Assembly: GCA_040954595.2 (NCBI GenBank)
Contig: CM082587.2
Span: 2,013,000 to 2,076,999 of the forward strand
Length of the DNA stretch: 64,000 bases
From: Balanoglossus misakiensis
Lineage: Eukaryota > Animalia > Hemichordata
Direction: 5' to 3'
Part shown: piece after piece, positions 57,780 to 64,000 of the stretch
Position numbering within the stretch: position 1 is the first letter of the stretch
Layout: each line of letters starts with the position of its first letter
Position numbers and translations under genes: made by a program
Notes under the pieces: generated by a model
What the model saw: the letters and a program-made list of their open reading frames with translations, nothing else
What the model was told of the DNA's origin: nothing
Databases searched by the model: none

Positions 57780-60700
57780 ATGTTGACTGCCTTGAAGAAA
57801 CTAGTTGGCAATGATGGCCAGAATAGGGGCACTGTCCCGAGCGGAATGCAGGCTATGGGGCAGAACTTACAGAAGAAGTTTGCGAAAGGAGTACAATATA
57901 ACAGTGAGTAATAATATTGCTTTTTATGAGCAACTGTAAGCCTACTTTGTAGTCAGACTTCGTAATGATAATGTAATCTGTCTGCCATTTTAAGATCTAT
58001 TGATGTCCACGTAATTGAATCATGGTGTGTGGTACAGAATATGTGTCTTCAGGTGGTGTTATTTAGACTGGCAGTAGTTTTTGTAATGCTTTTATAAGGG
58101 AGGCTTACCACTTCAGTGGCATTCGAGTATAAATATTTATTTCCCAATTTAAAATTTAGAAGCAAATAATACAGCCAAAAATGCTACTTTCCCTAAATGC
58201 ATTACTTGTTTGCTTTCTTTCAGTGAAAATCATCATCAAGGGTGATCGGAATACTGGCAAGACGACGTTATTTCACAGACTACAGGGTCAAAAGTTCATA
58301 GAAGATTACATAGCAACACAGGAGATCCAAGTAGCTAGCATCCAGTGGAATTATAAAAGTAAGTCTTAATTTTGGTTGTTGTTTTGTTGGAGAGTTCACT
58401 TTCTGGGAAAGTTATAATTTTCCAACACCCTTCATTTTTTTGTCAGCTACACTATATTGAGCACAGAATAAGTATTGTGGGAGTATGATTAAGAGCTCAG
58501 TTTAGACAGGTTCTACTGTGTTTTGTAGTAAGAACTACGGTAGTTATAATTTTCCCCTCCTCTGTCGTCTTAGACACAGATGATGTGGTGAAGGTCGAAG
58601 TGTGGGATGTTGTGGACAAAGGAAAAAGTAGGAAGAAACACGATGGATTGAAAATAGAGAATGAAGTGGAGACAAAAAGTAATTCATCGGAACCGTGTCT
58701 GGATGCTGAGTTTTTAGACGTCTACAAAGGAACACATGGAGTTATTATGATGATGGACATGACTAAACAGTGGTGAGTAAATAATGAACAGAATTACTGT
58801 CTTTAAAGATACCGAAGGAGTCAGTGTTCTCTCTGCTTATATTTGCTTCTCATACAAAATTAATGTAAATGTCTAAGATTGAGCATGATTTGATTTTCCT
58901 CCGCAGGACGTATGATTACATAGAGAGAGAATTACCCAAAGTTCCAAATCACATTCCAGTTTTAGTGTTAGTCAATTTCAGAGATATCGGTGAGCATAGG
59001 GTGATCCAAAGAGATGAAATCAAATATTTCATTGAACACTTCGAGAGGTAAGTCTTTAGATCATGTTTGTTATTTTCAGCATTGTACACAATGTTTGATT
59101 TTCAGTAAAAGTCACTGATATCAATGCCATTCAGATATTTCCTGTGTTGTCATCTTTATCCACAGACCAATTGGTTCAGCCATCATCAGATGTGCTGAGT
59201 CCTCAATGAAGAATGGATTTGGTTTGAAATACCTCCACCAGTTCTTCAATGTACCTTTCCTTATTTTACAAGTAAGTCAGTCATTAGTTATAACTGTTTC
59301 CCTGTGACTGAGGCATTTGTGGGTTGCGTATACATATGATGCTCATATACCACACTTCCTAGTGTACAGTTGACCAGCTTTGCAATGGGTGTGTTATGTA
59401 CATCTGCCTGTTGTGGTTGTCACAAGTTTTGACTCAATGACCCTTTTTGACCTTGACAGAGAGAGACACTAATGAGACAGTTAGAAACCAATCGCAAGGA
59501 CATCGACTGTATCCTAGAAGAATTGGATATCCATGTGGATTCTGAAGAACAAAATTACTACACGTGAGTACTTGTATGGTTGATTCACAAACTGTGTGTG
59601 ATACCATGTCATGGGAATTAAAGCTGGACTTCTGCGAAATGTGATGAGCACAAAAAACCATACAGTGGTCCTGTAACACTGTGCATGATGTGTTGTTATT
59701 TCACAGCTATGTAGAAAACTTGGAATTGAAACAAAGGAATCAAGCCAAACAAAAAGCTGCTGCAGCAGCTGCCGCAGCAGCTGCAGCTGGAAAGGAGTCG
59801 TCAGAAGACGGCAACAAATCACCAACTCAAGGTAAAATGTTCAAGTCTTTGGATACAAAGGAGACAGTTTGTCATTCTGTTGGACAGTAAATCTGCAATT
59901 CTTTACTTGTGTCATGCTTTCTGTATTAGACTTACAGTCCATAGGGACTTTGCTAAACTGGCCTTTATAGACATTCCACTGTAAACCGGTGGCCATGCAC
60001 TAACACAGGTTTGACTGTATTATATTCTCTGTATTTTTTGCAGCAAGCTCCAATTCTGTCACACCCAACTCTATGACTCCCAGTAAGGTGAGTCCATCGC
60101 CCAGTCCAGGGACGATGACACCAACCTCCCAGCAACAGGAGAAGTCACCATCCACTGAATCTACTGGCGTCTCTTTACAACAGAGAGTGAGTAGGTTCTT
60201 CGGAGGCGGCTCAAGTACCAGCAGTTTGCCGGATTCTTTTAAACAGCACTCCAATCAGGATAAGTGTAAGTGTCAATGTTTAAGTGTAGCTCTGATCTGG
60301 TTCCCTCCCTTAACATCAGCGCCCTCAACGTCAATATAAACTGCCTGAGATGACAGTGTCATTTATGAAACTGTCTGCAGTTAAATGGTGATAAATCCAA
60401 ATGTCAATTCCTTTTTCCGCACAGCTCTAGAAATCCCGGTGCCAAGTATGACCCAAGTCAAGAGTGTTGAAGAATTTGTACCTGAGGAAGCTATGGACAG
60501 GAGTTTTCTGGAAGACACTGGTAAACAGCGACATCCAAGCAGTACAAGTCAGGATCAAGTACAGCACAACTTAGACAGTGATGAGTAAGGATTTCAAATG
60601 ATTTATTTATTTATTTGAAAATAAAAACAAATCCTGCATTACAGATGATATTATCAGAATCAGGTGTAGATTCAGGTAATTTGTCTTCCTGACCTTTGTA

Positions 60701-62282
60701 TTCTGTTCCACCCCAACAGTGATGACGGCCATAATCCCATGGTGGCAGGCTTCATCGAAGATCTGGACTCAGAAGACGAAGCCATGGCACAGAGAGTTGC
60801 AGCGGCCGCATCGACGGTGGCGAGTTTCAATATTGAGTTGTCCACTGATGATGAAGAAGATGGTAGTCCATTTGCAAGTAACAGTAAAAGTGTTAAGGCG
60901 GCAGATTCAAAGGCCAGGTCCCCAGTGTCAGTTAAACAAGAGCAAAAGACTTTAGACCTGCCAGTGGCGGGCATCAGTGTTGAGGCTAGAAATGGTGCAA
61001 TAGACAATAGGAATGCAATTAGTAAATCTGAAGAAAAAGAAAGTAGGAACCGGAAGTCGACAGTGGGAAGCAGTAATGTTAGTGACAGCGATGAAGATGA
61101 AGAACAAAGCCATCATGTCTCCACGGTGATGGATGATGTGTCAGATGAGGAACCGCCAAAGGAGCAGGTAATAATCCATCAGGTTTACTATAGACATGCT
61201 TTTCTTCACAGGAGAAGTGTTTCTTTCAGAAAAAGTTGCTTGGCAAGTTTAATGCCAATGAAATGAGCTGGTGTTTATCAGCTGTCTGCAAAATATGAGG
61301 TATATGACTTTGAGCGCATCAACCATATTTGATATTTGGTAATTTTCCACTTTCAGAAAAGCAAAAAGAAGACAGCTGAGGAATCTGTATTCTCGTCGCC
61401 ACCTGTGTTCTTGGATAGTACTGATTTAGATTTCTTAGAATCACAGTCAGGATTGAAGAAAACTTCCACTGCGTCTACCACACCAAGTAAGTCCCTGCAT
61501 CTCCAAGACTCCAATACCCAGTCAGAAATTTTGAATTAAAAAGCCATCTTTTCATATTGTATTATACATATACTCCTTAAAGGAGTCCACTATAGGATAT
61601 CGCCATAACAACAGCATTGTATTTATTGACAGCTACATCATCAGTAGCATCAACTAAAGAAGGAAGTAGTGAGGAGGACAGGAAAAGTAGCAGCTCGGCC
61701 AAGAAAAAGAAACACAAAGAGAAAAACAGGACAAAAGACAAGGTAAATATAGGCTCTATTTTCTCAACTATTGGCAGCTTTGAAGGCCTGGTGGAGAAGT
61801 GTGGCGTATAATAGTGCATAGAGAGAAGATCTCAGACACCATCACTGAAGTTAGGTGTGATAGTGACCTGGCGATTTGCATACGTGTGTGCTTAGTGCCA
61901 CAAGTGGAGCAGGTCAGTTCAATCTTTCAGAACAGGTGAGAGCACTGCTGGTGAGGACTCTTTCAATCCTCGGTCAGGTTTGAAATGTAATCTGTTGCCA
62001 TGGAGATGTAATGGTGACTCACAGCTTGTTGATGTCTTGCAGGATGAAGAGAGATCTCACAAGAAACACAAACACAAGAAGCACAAGGACAAAGACAGAG
62101 AGAAGGACAAAGAGGCGACGAAAGAAGGCGAGGGGAAAGAAAAGAAGAAGAAAAAGAAGTCTAAAAAGACAACAGAAGATGGTGAAACTGAAAGCAAAAA
62201 AGAAATGGATGAACTGGAGGCATTTTTGAGCGGCGGTGATTTAACGCCAAACAAACCTGGAGCAGATTATGAAGTATTTTGA
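57780..62282 (+). CDS. RABL6: Rab-like protein 6 (RBEL1/PARF), multi-exon
   Basis: [10 protein letters not shown]...[57 protein letters not shown] and [16 protein letters not shown], with a Lys-rich tail ending in DYEVF*. Confidence 0.96.
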
Positions 62283-64000
62283 TGATGGAGTAAAAGGGAA
62301 AATATATAAACGGAAATATTTGTAGAATTTTAGGAGATTAAGCAACAGTGAAACTGATGATTAACTGTTGTGAACATGAAGATATGTATTCAACTACAAA
62401 AAAGATGAAAAAGTCCTTTTATGTTTTCTTTGTCATCGGTGAAGCATGTTGTGTGTAGGAAATTCCAACGCTGGAGATGGACAACGCATGCACATGATAG
62501 GCAGGTGCTGAGTCAAAGTTGCTCATATTACAAGACAAAGAACATTGCTCAATCAATATGAAATCATCTGCTTATCACGCTATAAAACAATAAATATTTA
62601 CTGAGCTCAGTTTATGCTGGAAATTACTAACAACATCGCGCCATGGTCGCAGTAATAGACTGATGATGAAGATGTCTTGCACATTATGAGTGAGTTAGGG
62701 AGTACTAGAACTGACAACCATGTGATCTAACTCACTCCACCACAGCATTGAAGTATGAAACTCCTCAAGTTCATGGTAGCTTTGATGTGTTCCGTGTTTG
62801 TATTCACCAAGTGGGAAACAATGTCATGGTGCTGTTACCTATTCTCTGCCACCTAGGGACATGTTCAGCATCAACCTATCAGCTACCTGTTGCTCGGCCA
62901 ATGTCAAAAAAGTAGTGGTACATTACCAAGAGGCTGCACTGATTAATGCTGGAGACGGTTTATTTTAAAAACCAAGCAACCACACTTTCATCGACACCCA
63001 AGCAAGTGAGCAGACAGTAATTTCAATAACTCTTCCATCCACTTGCCATGACTATTTTACAGGGAAAAAACCTGAATTTATAATCTCCATGACTCACTCC
63101 CGTGCATAACATGAAAGTGACACCGAAAACAGTGGCAGCGTTTTTATGTGCTGTATATTAAAAAATCTCTATTTTAACCCCCAAGAGTTGTAAGTACTAA
63201 AATGAAAGCTAGCTTTAACATTAAGTAATAGCAACTGAAAAACACACCTGGGCAGACGAATATGTTTAACTGCCTGGGAATTTCATTGGCTACGAACTCA
63301 GTAATAGCCAGAGATATATTTCAAATGTTTCAAATGATAAAAAAAGTATTTTGATTTAATTGTAAAAATATCTGGCAATCTACTTCACATAGCTGTTACA
63401 GTATTGCGTGGTAGCGGTGAACATGTTAACTTCTGTACAAGTATATGCAAATTTGTGACAAATTTGCATGTGGAAATTCCTGTCTGTTTAAAAAAGAAAG
63501 TGAATCTGAAAATGTTGTAAGAATCCATACTGGTGCATTATTAATTCAATATCCTCTCTGCAAAACAAGGTTATTCCCCACATGTAAAGATGTTGGTTGC
63601 TAGCCCCTCACTGCCTGTGGTGATGTAAAAAAATTATCGAAAGTAAAATATTGTGGTTACTGTAAAGTACAACCACACCTTTTTGTCTGCAAAGCTGGGT
63701 GGTGACTTACAGTAATATGTTGATGTATGGTGACTTAATTTACACTGCAGGCTTGTCAGAAATCCATTCTATTGAAGCCATCCAGAAATAGTCCATGAAT
63801 CATAGGGGTAGAAATATTACAGAGGATAGTTCAAACAGAGAATTTTGGAGAAAAGTGAATATTTTATGATCTGATGGAAAGGTGTCAAATAGTGGTTACA
63901 TTACATATGTACATCAGAATAATGCTCCAATGAGAAATGCGAGAGATTGCCAAAGATGAATATCTTTCAAGATGACTTCCTAAATGAACTTTATTGTTGT

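Overview
Eukaryotic, intron-rich, gene-dense genomic DNA from a metazoan. The short GT-AG introns and gene content suggest a marine invertebrate deuterostome such as a hemichordate or echinoderm; this is inference only. Genes in order: a DED-domain gene running off the left edge (-), C12orf57/C10 (-), a degenerate Ebony-like NRPS with A-T-aaNAT domains (+), a long Achaete-scute-like bHLH factor (-), Vav GEF (-), COP1 (-), an intronless HS3ST-like sulfotransferase (+), a ~5.8 kb palindrome-rich 359-bp tandem array, an unrecognised secreted Cys-rich gene (-), DARS2 (-) and RABL6 (+). Four things stand out. (1) The satellite array starts and ends at half-palindromes that form 15-bp terminal inverted repeats, and it is flanked by a 47-bp direct repeat. 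(2) Vav has two duplicated, necessarily mutually exclusive exons encoding its autoinhibitory tyrosine region, plus candidate microexons. (3) The Ebony-like NRPS has eroded catalytic motifs and a triplicated acidic insert. (4) Short exact copies of nearby exon sequence sit at apparent insertion junctions. All gene models were spliced by eye and no database searches were run.
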